Shown here piece after piece: positions 10,732 through 24,255 of a stretch of 64,000 nt of DNA (its first letter is position 1; each line of letters opens with the position of its first letter). The position numbers and the translations under genes are program-made. The notes under the pieces were generated by a model. It did no database searches. It saw only the letters and a list, made by a program, of their open reading frames with translations, and was not told the DNA's origin. Where the stretch lies: the NCBI GenBank assembly GCA_963749495.1, contig CAVVMW010000004.1, positions 32,001 to 96,000 on the forward strand. Reading direction: 5' to 3'. This DNA comes from an uncultured bacterium. Its GTDB lineage: Bacteria > Verrucomicrobiota > Verrucomicrobiia > Limisphaerales > UBA8199.

Positions 10732-11310
10732 ATGCACACGAGTCTGAGACTTCCATTCCAGTTTGAACCCGAACGCCTCCAGGCCGACCTGCGCCAAGTG
10801 CTCGCCGAGGAATTCGTGCCCCATTTCAATACCGCCTATTACCAAGGCGATTGGAGCGTGGTCCCGTTTCGCTCCGTCGGCGGGCGCGCCAACCATATCT
10901 ATCCCGATCCCACGACCAAAACGGCTTACGCGGACACACCACTCCTCGCCCGCTGTTCCCACATCCGGCAGGTCCTGGCTTGCTTCCCCTGCCCACAGCA
11001 GGCGGTCCGCTTCCTGCGCCTTAAGGCGGGCTCAATCATCAAAGAACACACCGATTACAACCTGGGCTACGAGGACGGCGAGGTCCGGTTGCACATCCCC
11101 GTCATGACCAACCCGGATGTCGAATTCGTCCTCGACGGGGTCCGCGTTGAAATGAAGGAGGGCGAATGCTGGTACCACGATTTCAATCAACGGCACCGCG
11201 TTGCCAATCGCGGCGCCACCGACCGGGTCCACCTGGTAATTGATTGTGTCGTCAACGACTGGCTGCGGGAGGTGCTATTGACTGCGAATGCCGCGGCGGC
11301 TGCGCGGTGA
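10732..11310 (+). CDS. Aspartyl/asparaginyl beta-hydroxylase family Fe(II)/2OG dioxygenase
   Basis: IKEHTD (HxD), RLHIPV, HRVANRG..DRVHLVID; starts 3 bp after the adhesin stop. Confidence 0.88.
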   Translation: MHTSLRLPFQFEPERLQADLRQVLAEEFVPHFNTAYYQGDWSVVPFRSVGGRANHIYPDPTTKTAYADTPLLARCSHIRQVLACFPCPQQAVRFLRLKAGSIIKEHTDYNLGYEDGEVRLHIPVMTNPDVEFVLDGVRVEMKEGECWYHDFNQRHRVANRGATDRVHLVIDCVVNDWLREVLLTANAAAAAR

Positions 11311-11327
11311 TTTCTCGCGCGCAAGGG

Positions 11328-12308
11328 TCAGTGGAACCCCCGGTGCAACCGTTGCGCCTCGAGTTCTTGGTAAGTCCCGTCCAGCCACCTCGCAGCCGCT
11401 TCGCGAACTGCTTGCGTCGCCCCGTCGTTCTTCGCGGCCGTATCATCCTCGAACAGCCACGCCGTGTTCTTGGCATCGAACCGGGATACCTCGAACATCC
11501 TGTCCACCTCTGCCGCCGAACAATCGGCCCCCCAGCACTGCAGCAGCGCGGGCCACACCGCGCCAGGCAATTGCCGGTAGTCGAGCAGCCTGTTCTTTCC
11601 CCCTTGGCTGGACGCCAAGCCCGCTTCGCAAATCGTCGCCAACACTCGGGCGCCATAAACTTGCAGGCCCATCTCGCCGGCCTCTGCCCTGGTCCATCCA
11701 AACAACTCGGGCTCCAGGACACCGGGAATCATCTGGCCGCCTCGGTGGTTCTGTTGCGACATCAGCACTTCCACTGGCCGGCGGTAGAGAAACGCCCACG
11801 GCACACCGGGAAACGCCCGTTGGATCAGGGGCAGGGACAGCGTGTGCCAGCAGTCGAACTTGATGAAGAGATGCTTCTGCTCCGGACGCCTCGTTTGCCC
11901 CAGCGCGCTGACCATCCATTGCAGCCATTTCACCCGCTGCTCCTGGGTGACGGTTGGGTCTCGAAAATGCGACCGGAGAACGGCGTCGATGGGGCCGGCT
12001 TCCGAAATCACGAGGTTCTTCGGCAACCCGGCCAGCATCTGCGAAATCAGCGTCGAACCGCATCGGGACATGTGGAAGATGAACCCGGTTGGCAACAGTC
12101 CCGGGCAGGCCTCGGCCCGTTCCTGAAGCGCATCCATGGTCGTTTGGCGGCGAAAGAGAAGGTTCGCCGGATGGCGCAGCGCCTGGTTAACAGTCTGTTC
12201 GAAGAAAGGGTCCGTGAAGAGAACCTCTCCCAGGTAACCCCAATCCACCATGGGGCGGCCCTGCTGCCAATAAACGCGGATCGGTGTCCAGCCCACAAAC
12301 TGCTTCAT
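11328..12308 (-). CDS. Sulfotransferase-like protein
   Basis: PAPS-loop-like FIFHMSRCGSTL; FLYRRPVEVLMSQ. Confidence 0.75.
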   Translation of the reverse strand: MKQFVGWTPIRVYWQQGRPMVDWGYLGEVLFTDPFFEQTVNQALRHPANLLFRRQTTMDALQERAEACPGLLPTGFIFHMSRCGSTLISQMLAGLPKNLVISEAGPIDAVLRSHFRDPTVTQEQRVKWLQWMVSALGQTRRPEQKHLFIKFDCWHTLSLPLIQRAFPGVPWAFLYRRPVEVLMSQQNHRGGQMIPGVLEPELFGWTRAEAGEMGLQVYGARVLATICEAGLASSQGGKNRLLDYRQLPGAVWPALLQCWGADCSAAEVDRMFEVSRFDAKNTAWLFEDDTAAKNDGATQAVREAAARWLDGTYQELEAQRLHRGFH

Positions 12309-12309
12309 T

Positions 12310-12534
12310 TCAAATCCACCTTTGCAGCCAGGCGCGGCGCGCTTCCTGCACTGCCGCCCGCACGTGCTCCGGGGTGAAAGCACAACCCCGTTGTTGTCCC
12401 AATTCTGCCGCCAGGACCGCGAAACTCTCCAGGCCGGCAGTCTGTCGGAGCTGCTCCAGGAGTTGGTCATCCTGGAGGACAATTTGCCGGAAGCGCTCCA
12501 GCTCCCCGCAGGAGTTCAGAGATGCCGAGTCCAT
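12310..12534 (-). CDS. Nif11-like leader-domain small protein (74 aa)
   Basis: LERFRQIVLQDDQLLEQL..LAAELGQQRGCAFTPEHV pattern; stop 1 bp before the sulfotransferase ATG. Confidence 0.65.
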   Translation of the reverse strand: MDSASLNSCGELERFRQIVLQDDQLLEQLRQTAGLESFAVLAAELGQQRGCAFTPEHVRAAVQEARRAWLQRWI

Positions 12535-12812
12535 TCGCTCGGCATGGTAGATCACTCCCGGAGCTGTGGTCAACCGAAAGGAACCGCCGCGCGAAGCGCA
12601 TCACGACACCGTTCGGTTTGCACCGTGTCGCCCTGAAGATAGCTCCTCCCGCGTGAGAACTGGCAACGCCCCGGGGAGCTGGCTTGGGCTTGAGCCGTTG
12701 TCGGTTCTCCTGGGCGCCAACGGTTCGGGCAAATCCAACGTCGCGGGGTTGTTTTGTTTTGCGGCAACCATGGCTCTCTGCCATCCTGCGGCCTCGGAAT
12801 CTATCATGATTT

Positions 12813-13835
12813 ATGAAGACATCGAGTCTCTGCCGCCGCGCCTTTTTCAGAAAGTCCGCCCTCCTGGGCGCCGCCTGTGCCGCAACGCCGCTGGGCCTGC
12901 GGCCATTGCCGGCCCAACCGCCCTCCCGCCCCAAATCCTCCGCGCCCATCCCGGTCATCCTGGCCACCGACATCGGCGACAACATCGATGACACCTGGGC
13001 CTTGGGTCTGCTGCTCAAGAGCCCGGAGCTGGACCTGAGACTGGTCATGACCGAGTACGGCAAGGCGCGCTACCGGGCGAAATTGCTGGCCAAATTCCTG
13101 CAGGCCACCGGCCATGCCCGCGTGCCGATCGGGGTCGGGCCGGACACCGAACCGCGCGGCGAGGGCGGCCAGGCAGCCTGGGTCAAGGATTACGACCTGG
13201 CCTCCTATCCGGGCAAAGTCCATACGGATGGCATACAGGCCCTGGTGGACACCATCCTGCAATCGAGCCGGCCCGTGACCCTGATCAGCATCGGCCCGAT
13301 GCCCAACGTGGCTGCGGCCCTGGCCCGCGAACCGCGCATCGCCAAACGCGCCCGCTTCGTCGGCATGGATGGCAGCGTCCGCCTCGGTTACGGCGGCTCC
13401 AAAACCGTCTCGGCGGAATGGAACGTCAAGGCCGACATCCGGGCCGCCCGCAAGGTCCTGAGCGCGCCATGGGACATCACGATTACACCGCTGGACACCT
13501 GCGGCCTGGTCACCCTCGAGGGCCCGCGCTACCGGCGCCTCCTCGATGCCATCGACCCCGTCGCCTCGGCCATCGTCCAAAACTACCGCCTCTGGAGCCG
13601 CAGCAACAACACCCAGGCCCAGGCCGAACTCCGCTCCAGCGTCCTGTTCGACACCGTGGCCGTCTATCTCGCCGTCGCCCAGGACCTCTGCAAAATCGAA
13701 CGCCTGCGCCTGCGCGTCTCCGATGACGGCTACACCCTCCTTGACGACCACGCCAAACAGATGAACGTGGCCACCGAGTGGAAAAGCCTCGACGGCTACC
13801 GCGACTTCCTGGCCAACCGCCTGGTCGGGCCGTGA
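12813..13835 (+). CDS. Tat-exported nucleoside hydrolase (IUNH family)
   Basis: RRAFF Tat motif; TDIGDNIDD, IGPMPN, AEWNV, PLD, LFDTVAV. Confidence 0.85.
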   Translation: MKTSSLCRRAFFRKSALLGAACAATPLGLRPLPAQPPSRPKSSAPIPVILATDIGDNIDDTWALGLLLKSPELDLRLVMTEYGKARYRAKLLAKFLQATGHARVPIGVGPDTEPRGEGGQAAWVKDYDLASYPGKVHTDGIQALVDTILQSSRPVTLISIGPMPNVAAALAREPRIAKRARFVGMDGSVRLGYGGSKTVSAEWNVKADIRAARKVLSAPWDITITPLDTCGLVTLEGPRYRRLLDAIDPVASAIVQNYRLWSRSNNTQAQAELRSSVLFDTVAVYLAVAQDLCKIERLRLRVSDDGYTLLDDHAKQMNVATEWKSLDGYRDFLANRLVGP

Positions 13836-13865
13836 TTGAGACCCGCCCTTGAGTGAGTCTCGTGA

Positions 13866-13934
13866 CCTTTGTCGCAACCTTTGTCGGGGCCTTTGTCGAG
13901 AAATAGCCCAATCCGACAAAGGTTGCGACGAAGG
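13866..13934. repeat. CCTTTGTCG/CGACAAAGG 12-bp-periodic palindromic repeat
   Basis: Tandem CCTTTGTCG units followed by inverted units; same family at 21780, 39283, 59151 and 62573. Confidence 0.8.
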
Positions 13935-14038
13935 CACCTGAAGTCACCCAAAGTCCGGGGCGCGACGGCAGCGGTGGGGTGCGTTCCCGGCCTGAACAAG
14001 GAGCACGTGCGCAACGTCGAAGAGTTGGTGGCAAAATC

Positions 14039-14115
14039 AACCGCAGAGATCACAAAGAACGCAAAGACAGAAAGAATCGAGGCCTTTCTTTGTGATCTTT
14101 GCGTTCTTTGCGGTT
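14039..14115. repeat. Intergenic inverted repeat (AACCGCAGAGATCACAAAGAACGCAAAG..CTTTGTGATCTTTGCGTTCTTTGCGGTT)
   Basis: Imperfect hairpin built from 9-bp-periodic units. Confidence 0.6.
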
Positions 14116-14158
14116 AATTCCGCCACCGGGTCTAAACCAGTGTGTAGCTGTGAAGACA

Positions 14159-14567
14159 ATGAAGGCGCAGAGGTTTGAAGCTTTGGCCGCAATCGCCGCC
14201 GGCAGCCTCCTGGTGATGCTCCCCTCCGGGTGTACCACTCCCAGCGGCGCCCCGGATTATACCGGCACCGGGGGCATTGATCGGAGGCGTTAGCGGGGCG
14301 GGGTTGGGCGCCGCCATCGCCCATAGGAACCCCGGCGTCGGCGCCCTGGTTGGCGGGGCAGCCGGCCTTATCACCGGCGGCCTCATCGGCCATGCCATGG
14401 ACCAGGAGGCCAGGGTGCCGGTCTATGTCCCCGCGCCCCCGCCCCCGCCGGTGTATGTCGCGCCGCCTCCCCCTCCCGCCCCCAGATACGTTTGGCTAAA
14501 CGGCCAATGGGTCTGGAACGGCGCCCAATGGGTCTGGATGCCCGGACACTGGGTCGCGGCGCCGTAA
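14159..14567 (+). CDS. Glycine-zipper lipoprotein with Pro-rich and WxxGHW tail, frameshift at ~14270
   Basis: Lipobox-like LPSGC; GALIGG..GALVGGAAGLITGGLIG; YVWLNGQWVW..PGHW. Confidence 0.75.
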
Positions 14568-14579
14568 TCCAGGTCCGAT

Positions 14580-15732
14580 TCAGAGGTTCGGCACCAGCCC
14601 TGTGGCCACGGGCGACCCCAGGCCCGTCACGAGGTCGTACCCGGTACCTGCCTGATCGTCCTTGTCCTTCCCATTGCTCCCGCTGGTGATGTCATAGAAA
14701 CAGGCCGAGTTCACAGTCCAAGGAGGGTTCACGCCTGACTTCGCCAGTGAGTAAATGAGGGCATTCGCGCCGCCCAGGCTGGTATTATTCCACTGGTTGC
14801 CCAGCGCAATCAAAGCTGCCCATTGGGGAGCCCCGACACTGGTGCCGCCGACAGAGAAGAAGGAAGAGCCATAGACGATCCCCACGCCGGCGGCTACATA
14901 GCTGACATCCGGCACACCCCGTCCGCTGGTGGGCCAGCCGCTCTTGAACCAACCGACCTGAAATGACGGCAGGCCATATATGGTGCTGATGCCGCCCCCG
15001 CTGCCGGACCAGGCCGTTTCCGCCGCCTTCCGATTGCCAATGGCATCCAGGCGAAGGATCGTTCCGCCCACCGCCACGACGTACGGCGAGGCCGCCGGCC
15101 AGTTGACGGCTTCGCCACTGTCACCGACGGCAGCGATGAAGGTCACGTCAGGCACTTGAAAGTGCCAGTCGTAGCTCATCACGCCGGCGGTGAGCTCAGA
15201 CGTTCCCCAACTCATCGACACAACGCTGGCCCGGGCGGCGACGGCCGCATCCACGGCCCCGAGCAGGTCGCCCAGGTTATCCGATTTGGCCACCGACACA
15301 ACGATGCGGGCGCCGGGTGCGATCGGCATGCGCCCATTCAACGTCCAGACTCGTCTCAATCGCCCAAGGGCTGTCGGCGCCGCTCGGTTGCCCTTGGGGG
15401 TAGATGATGTTGACCGTAGTGGAGGGGAGGTTATAATAAGCGCAGAAAGTGCTCAAGTCCTGGAGCAAAGAGGGGCTGCCATACGCATCCACAATCCCGA
15501 TAGTCTGGCCGCTGCCCGTAACTGGGAGCTGGTCAACTCCATAGGCGTGCCGGATCTGCCCGGGTGAGTAGCCCTTCACTGAATTGGGGGAGCCGTCCAC
15601 GTGCAGCGGGGGCCGCCCATGGCCGGGTCGCAACGGACCGCCGACCTGCAAGAGTTGTGCCGTGCCGGCGTTGGTGAAAGCCAGGACCAGGCTCGAAGCG
15701 AGCCAGCCTGTGCGGAGTAGAGTGACCTTCAT
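14580..15732 (-). CDS. Secreted S53 (sedolisin-like) peptidase, frameshift at ~15326
   Basis: Signal peptide; ETSLDVEWAHA, SMSWG, GDSG, GVPDV, GGTSVGAP, GYDLVTGLGSP. Confidence 0.85.
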
Positions 15733-15861
15733 ATACGTACTATGTCCTTTCTGTGAATGTCTGGTTGCGGTTATTTTGGAGCGTGTCAACATGGAACAAA
15801 ATCCTCGTTGCGCCGAGGCCTGGAGTATTCGGGTGGGGCAGTCTCGACATGCGCTGGCGCC

Positions 15862-17089
15862 TCACTGCCTGGTGAGTACCGCGCCACCACCTCCGGGCAT
15901 CGCCGGGATGTAGAACAGCGCGCCGACGTTCGTTTGGTCAATGTGGCTGAGGATAATCCTGCCGTTCAGAGGCCCGCCGGACTGGGTCGGTGAAAGAAAG
16001 CGCGCCTCTGTGCCGGAATAGGAGACAAGCGACAGGTTTGCCGCCCAAGGCGGGTTTCCGCCGACGGCGAACGTGGCGCCGAACACCCGGTTGCTGTTGC
16101 TGACGCTCAATCGGACAACGGAGGTATTCGTCCCGTAGGGATTGGGGAAAGCCATTACTACGGCTCCCTGCCAGTTACCCTCGAGCCAGTCCATTCCACT
16201 GGCGCCCGTTTCCTGAACCCTAAGAAAGCCCTGGGAATTCGTGGAGAAAAAGAACTCCCCGACACCTCCGCCCGTTCCCTCCACCAAGCCGCCGGTGGAT
16301 GTCCAGCCGCCAAGCAGATTGGAAGCAGTCTGGACCTGGTAGGCTTGATTGGTGGTGGTGGGCCAACCGACATAGACCGCCCGCGCGATGCTCGGCAGTC
16401 GCCCGGTGCTCACCTGGCCATCCCAAGCCGCGTAAAGGCCAATGCCGAGATATGTCGTCAGCACCTGGCTGCGGGCATCTGCCGGGGCGATGTCAACCAC
16501 AGAACAGAGGTTCCAGGCTTGATAGAGGTTAGTAACCCCGGCGAAAATAGGATGCGTGGAATTAGTGACGGCGAAGACCCCGTCGCTTCCCACGCCGATA
16601 TTCGTGAAGGCCAGCCCAAAGGCCGTCAGGAACGTGTTCCAGTTGCCGGCGTCCTCCCCGCTTCCGCCACCGTACACGTACACGCTCCCGCCGGCGTTGA
16701 CGTAGTCGATCAGCACGTTGTTGTCCACCACGGGGAGGCCCAGAAACACCGCATCGAAATTCAGCAAGTTTGACACGGTGAACGGAGTCGAGGTAGTGAC
16801 GGTCCACGAGTTCCCTGCGGTCGTCATCGCGGCTGCCAGCGCCTTGCCAGTCAAGCCCAATTGGTCCGAGTAGGCCAGAAACGTTCCTGCCCTGCCCCGC
16901 GAGAACCACGCCGCCACGTTCGCCGCAAATCGCGCTGCGTCAGGGGCCTGTTGAAAGCCGTAATCCGAGAGGGTCCAGTCGTCGTTCGCAACGGCTATTC
17001 GACCAGCGCCCTCGGCTCGAGATCGAAAGGGCGACAACACGCAACACGAAGCCAGCACCGCGATCCACGCCATTTGGATTGATTGATGT

Positions 17090-17097
<8 letters not shown>
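15862..17097 (-). CDS. Secreted hypothetical protein
   Basis: Signal peptide ending SRA; long ORF; YQVQTASNL..FLRV module resembling the C-terminal module of the adhesin; start uncertain. Confidence 0.65.
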
Positions 17098-20567
<3,470 letters not shown>

Positions 20568-20706
20568 GGAGCCCTTATATCGCTTTCCAAACGATAATGC
20601 GACATTCCCGGGCGAAAACGGTCACACGCGGAACGATATGATTACAGAGGGCTTCCCGTGGGAAGGCACGCGGTCTGAAGCAGGGCGACGGACCGGCGCG
20701 AGAACG

Positions 20707-21258
20707 CTAACGGGATCCACGACTCGCTGGCCCCAGGCTCTGGCGAATCTGCCGGTAGAGCCAGGCCTGAGAATACTCCCAGTAGCGGCGAACCGTCTTT
20801 TCCGACAATCCCAACGCTTCCGCGGTCTCTTGATGACTGAACCCGACAAAGAACCGCAACTTCACTACCTCAGCTTTGGCGGGGTCTTCCCGAGCCAAAG
20901 CATCCAAGGCCTCATTCACCAGGAGCAGACGATCCTCGGGATCCGGCAGCGGAGGGTCGACCGTTTCCAGGTCCACCCTCTGCCAATTAGCGCCACGCTT
21001 GGCGCGGTGCTTCCGGCGGGCGTTTTCCACCAGAATCCGCCGCATCGCCTCGGCGGCGGCGGCAAAAAAGTGAGCTCGGTTCTGCCATTGGTTCTCGCCC
21101 GAACGTATCAGACGCAGATAGGCCTCGTGGACAAGAGCCGTGGCCTGCAGGGTCTGTCCGGCCGATTCCCGCGCCATCCTCTGAGCTGCCAGTTGGCGCA
21201 GCGCCGCATAGACCTGCGGCAGCCAATCTTCGGCTGATGAGCACGAGTGCATGACCAT
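20707..21258 (-). CDS. ECF sigma factor, kinase-associated Planctomycete/Verrucomicrobia type
   Basis: TLQATALVHEAYLRL, FFAAAAEAMRRILVE, VVKLRFFVG. Confidence 0.9.
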   Translation of the reverse strand: MVMHSCSSAEDWLPQVYAALRQLAAQRMARESAGQTLQATALVHEAYLRLIRSGENQWQNRAHFFAAAAEAMRRILVENARRKHRAKRGANWQRVDLETVDPPLPDPEDRLLLVNEALDALAREDPAKAEVVKLRFFVGFSHQETAEALGLSEKTVRRYWEYSQAWLYRQIRQSLGPASRGSR

Positions 21259-21297
21259 GCCTCTCCAGGGTTGCGTTTCATGGGGAGCTTGTCAAGG

Positions 21298-21685
21298 ATG
21301 CGTGCGCAGCACGTCGCCGGCAGCCTCCTGGTAATGCTCCCCTCCGGGTGTACCACTCCCAGCGGCGCCCCGGATTATACCGGCACGGGGGCATTGATCG
21401 GAGGCGTTAGCGGGGGGGGGGTTGGGCGCCGCCATCGCCCATAGGAATCCCGGCGTCGGCGCCCTGGTTGGCGGGGCAGCCGGCCTTATCACGGGCGGCC
21501 TCATTGGCCATGCCATGGACCAGGAGGCCAGGGTGCCGGCCTATGTCCCCGCGCCCCCGCCCCCGCCGGTGTATGTCGCGCCGCCTCCCCCTCCCGCCCG
21601 CAGATACGTTTGGCTAAACGGCCAATGGGTCTGGAACGGCGCCCAATGGGTCTGGATGCCCGGACACTGGGTCGCGGCGCCGTAG
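21298..21685 (+). CDS. Second copy of the glycine-zipper lipoprotein, shorter N-terminus, frameshift in a G run at ~21415
   Basis: 21315-21685 is near-identical to 14197-14567. Confidence 0.65.
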
Positions 21686-21779
21686 CCCGAAGCCGGGGTG
21701 AGTGGCATTCCCTCTGTAGTGCATCCCACGGCTTCCGTAGAGCGGCTGGCAGAATTAACCTGGAAGCTCCGATCCCAGA

Positions 21780-21860
21780 CCTTTGTCGCAACCTTTGTCG
21801 CGGCCTTTGTCGAGGCATGGGCAACCCGACAAAGGTTGCGACAACGGTTGCGACAAAGGC
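21780..21860. repeat. CCTTTGTCG/CGACAAAGG palindromic repeat
   Basis: Three forward plus three inverted units. Confidence 0.85.
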
Positions 21861-21991
21861 CCGGACTCGCGGCGCTCGTGGAAACAGGTGCTACACCCAG
21901 CGCCTTGTTGCACCAAACAGTTTAATTTTGCCAGCCGCTCTTAGCGCCCGTGCGAGAATTAATTCCGATTTTCCTCTCCGCGGACCCAGCC

Positions 21992-22089
21992 AAAGCGCGG
22001 GAATGCCGCGCGCTCCAGACGCTTCGCGACTTCTCCCGCGCATCCCTCCTTCGCGAAGCGTTTGGAGTGCGGCGCATCCCGCGGCTCTT
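21992..22089. repeat. REP-like inverted repeat (CTCCAGACGCTTCGCGA..TCGCGAAGCGTTTGGAG)
   Basis: Nested hairpins; related to 27557-27645. Confidence 0.6.
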
Positions 22090-22210
22090 AAAGCCAATCG
22101 GGTTTCAAAATGTCAGAATTACCCCTCAATCTCGGCGTTTATTGTTCCACGAGCTATTGCCTCGGCGTTGAGGGAATTTGTGCCGCTGTCGAAATTGATG
22201 GCGGAGCAAA

Positions 22211-23893
22211 TTATATCGGCAGATGGTGTTGGTGGTGGCCTTTTTCCTTGGCCTTCGGGGCTTTCTTGAAGGTGTCGTCCAGGGCGGCGGAGGTGGAAGG
22301 GCGCTCGATGGGTTTGCCTTCCATCAGTTCCTTGACGGTGCGGAGTTGAAGCCGTGGGTATTGCTGCTTGTTGGTCTTGTGCTCGTAAAATCCGCTGCTG
22401 ACTGCTTCGGTGACCATCTCACGGGTGGGCGGCTGGAGGGAGATGAGGACACCCATAGCCGCCTTCTCACGCTCGAGCACCCCGCGCAGGTCTCGGACGT
22501 CTTTGACACCGGTTTTGCCGCCTTTGACCTGGATGATGATCTGCTCGGGCTTGGGGTCCCGTGGATCGTCTCGGAATAAAATCTTGCCGTCTATGCCACG
22601 GTCGGCGCCTTTCTTCTGCTCGACTGGACGGGCACCCACCAAACCGAGAGCCCACCATTGGAATTGGAACTTGTCCTGCTCGGCCAGGACGTAGGCTTCG
22701 TTGGGAGTGGTCGGTTCGCCAATGGTGATGATTTCAATCTTGTCGCCGTAGGTGTCCCGCAGCCGGTTCTTGATGAGCGATGTGGCCAGTTGGGTGATGT
22801 CGATGCCGATCCATTTGCGACTATGTTTCTCGGCTGCGTCAATCGTGGTGCCGCAACCGCAGAAGGGGTCGAGAACCAGGTCGCCGGGGTTGCTGCTGGC
22901 CTTGATGATGCGCTCAAGCAGGGCGACGGGCTTCTGGGTGGGGTAGCCAAGGCGTTCGGACGCCTGGGAATTGATGGGGGGAATATCCATCACGACATCT
23001 TGCACCATTGCCCCCTCGCTCAGGAAGCGTTTGAAACGTGGGAAACCGCTGCCTTCGCCTGAGCGTGTCTGAGGCCAGTGGATGAATCCGTGTGCGTCGA
23101 GAAGGTCAAGCTTCTCGGTCGTTGACATCACCTTGGCTTTATTAGTCCCAATGATCGATTCCACTGCCTTCAGACTGACCTTCCAGTGACTCCCTTTGCT
23201 TGTTGGATCGAACCCTCGCCAAGGCGCTCCCGAGTCTCCGTGGCGGATTCCCGGTCCCGTCAGGTTATCGTCTGCCCAAAGCTGGCCTCCCGGCCCCTCA
23301 TGAGAGTAGCGAGCGGCGTATTCTTCGGTGTGGGGTACCAGGACCCGATTCCAGACGAAGTTCTCGGAGTTGGCGTAAAACAGGATCGTGTCATGCACGT
23401 CATTCCACCGTATTGCGGCTGAATGGGCGCTGGTTCGTTTCCAGATGATCTCACTTTGAAAGCTCTTTGGTCCAAAAACCGCGTCCAGAAGCAGCTTGAG
23501 ATAATGCGAAGCCGTGGGGTCGCAGTGGAGGTAAAGTGAGCCGGTTGGTTTGAGGACGCGGCGCAATTGGACCAGGCGGGGTGCCATCATGGCGAGGTAG
23601 GCCATCATGTCGTTTTGGCCGAGGAAGGTGCGGAAGGCTTGCATGACTTGGCTGACCTTGCCGGGCTGGGTGACCAGGTCCTGGTACGTTCGCTCGCTCT
23701 CCTGATTCCAGTGCCATGTGTCCTCGAAGGCTTGAATCTGGCTGGCGGCGTCGGTGCCGTCTTTTTCGTGGAAGAAGGCGTTGTAGTTTTGGGCTGAATT
23801 GAAGGGCGGGTCGAGGTAAACGAGGTCAACGGTCTCGTCCTTCAGATACCGCCGCAGGATGTCGAGGTTGTCGCCGTAATAAAGCGTGCCCAT
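22211..23893 (-). CDS. N4/N6 DNA methyltransferase (beta class) fused to a C-terminal Mrr-like endonuclease domain
   Basis: YLDPPFNS, YPTQKP, DPFCGCGT; C-terminal DRGIDG..IIIQVKGG, a PD-(D/E/Q)xK-type motif. Confidence 0.88.
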   Translation of the reverse strand: MGTLYYGDNLDILRRYLKDETVDLVYLDPPFNSAQNYNAFFHEKDGTDAASQIQAFEDTWHWNQESERTYQDLVTQPGKVSQVMQAFRTFLGQNDMMAYLAMMAPRLVQLRRVLKPTGSLYLHCDPTASHYLKLLLDAVFGPKSFQSEIIWKRTSAHSAAIRWNDVHDTILFYANSENFVWNRVLVPHTEEYAARYSHEGPGGQLWADDNLTGPGIRHGDSGAPWRGFDPTSKGSHWKVSLKAVESIIGTNKAKVMSTTEKLDLLDAHGFIHWPQTRSGEGSGFPRFKRFLSEGAMVQDVVMDIPPINSQASERLGYPTQKPVALLERIIKASSNPGDLVLDPFCGCGTTIDAAEKHSRKWIGIDITQLATSLIKNRLRDTYGDKIEIITIGEPTTPNEAYVLAEQDKFQFQWWALGLVGARPVEQKKGADRGIDGKILFRDDPRDPKPEQIIIQVKGGKTGVKDVRDLRGVLEREKAAMGVLISLQPPTREMVTEAVSSGFYEHKTNKQQYPRLQLRTVKELMEGKPIERPSTSAALDDTFKKAPKAKEKGHHQHHLPI

Positions 23894-23900
23894 GTGCGCG

Positions 23901-23929
23901 AGTGTAGCCGGGTTGCCGCCGGGAATCAA
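23901..23929 (-). promoter_or_regulatory. Sigma70 promoter of the methyltransferase, probably leaderless
   Basis: TTGATT-17 bp-TACACT, 7 nt before ATG. Confidence 0.55.
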
Positions 23930-24002
23930 TGGCTCGTTGCAGCTCCCCCAATTCCCTCAACGCATGCTTCACCTCCTCACACGGGGGCCGCTTTCGAGCT
24001 TT

Positions 24003-24255
24003 GTCCCGGAGGGACATCCCGAGAATAGCCCGGCGCTTCAGCGCCGGGTACGGCACCCACAGAACGTGCGTCCCGAAGGGACGCTTGAAGCTCAACCCAC
24101 GGGAGCGGCGCTCATGAATGCTCAAAGCGCAGCGCAACCAGGAGCAGAGGGATGACAGGGGACCGATTCAGCCGTCCCTTCGGGACGGAGGCAACTAAAC
24201 TGCTCCTCCCGGCGCTAAAGCGCCGGGCTACTGTCGGGCTGTCCCTCCGGGACAA
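24003..24255. repeat. REPIN-like element (GTCCCGGAGGGAC family)
   Basis: Nested inverted repeats GTCCCGGAGGGAC/GTCCCTCCGGGAC and GTCCCGAAGGGACG/CGTCCCTTCGGGAC; similar element at 51824-52012. Confidence 0.75.

Noticed and set aside
12310..12534. Classical Nif11 RiPP precursor
   Set aside because: No double-glycine cleavage site or core peptide, and no LanM, YcaO, radical SAM or peptidase-transporter gene nearby
13866..13934. CRISPR array in the CGACAAAGG or other short repeats
   Set aside because: Units have a 12-bp period, are arranged as inverted arms without unique spacers, and no cas genes are present
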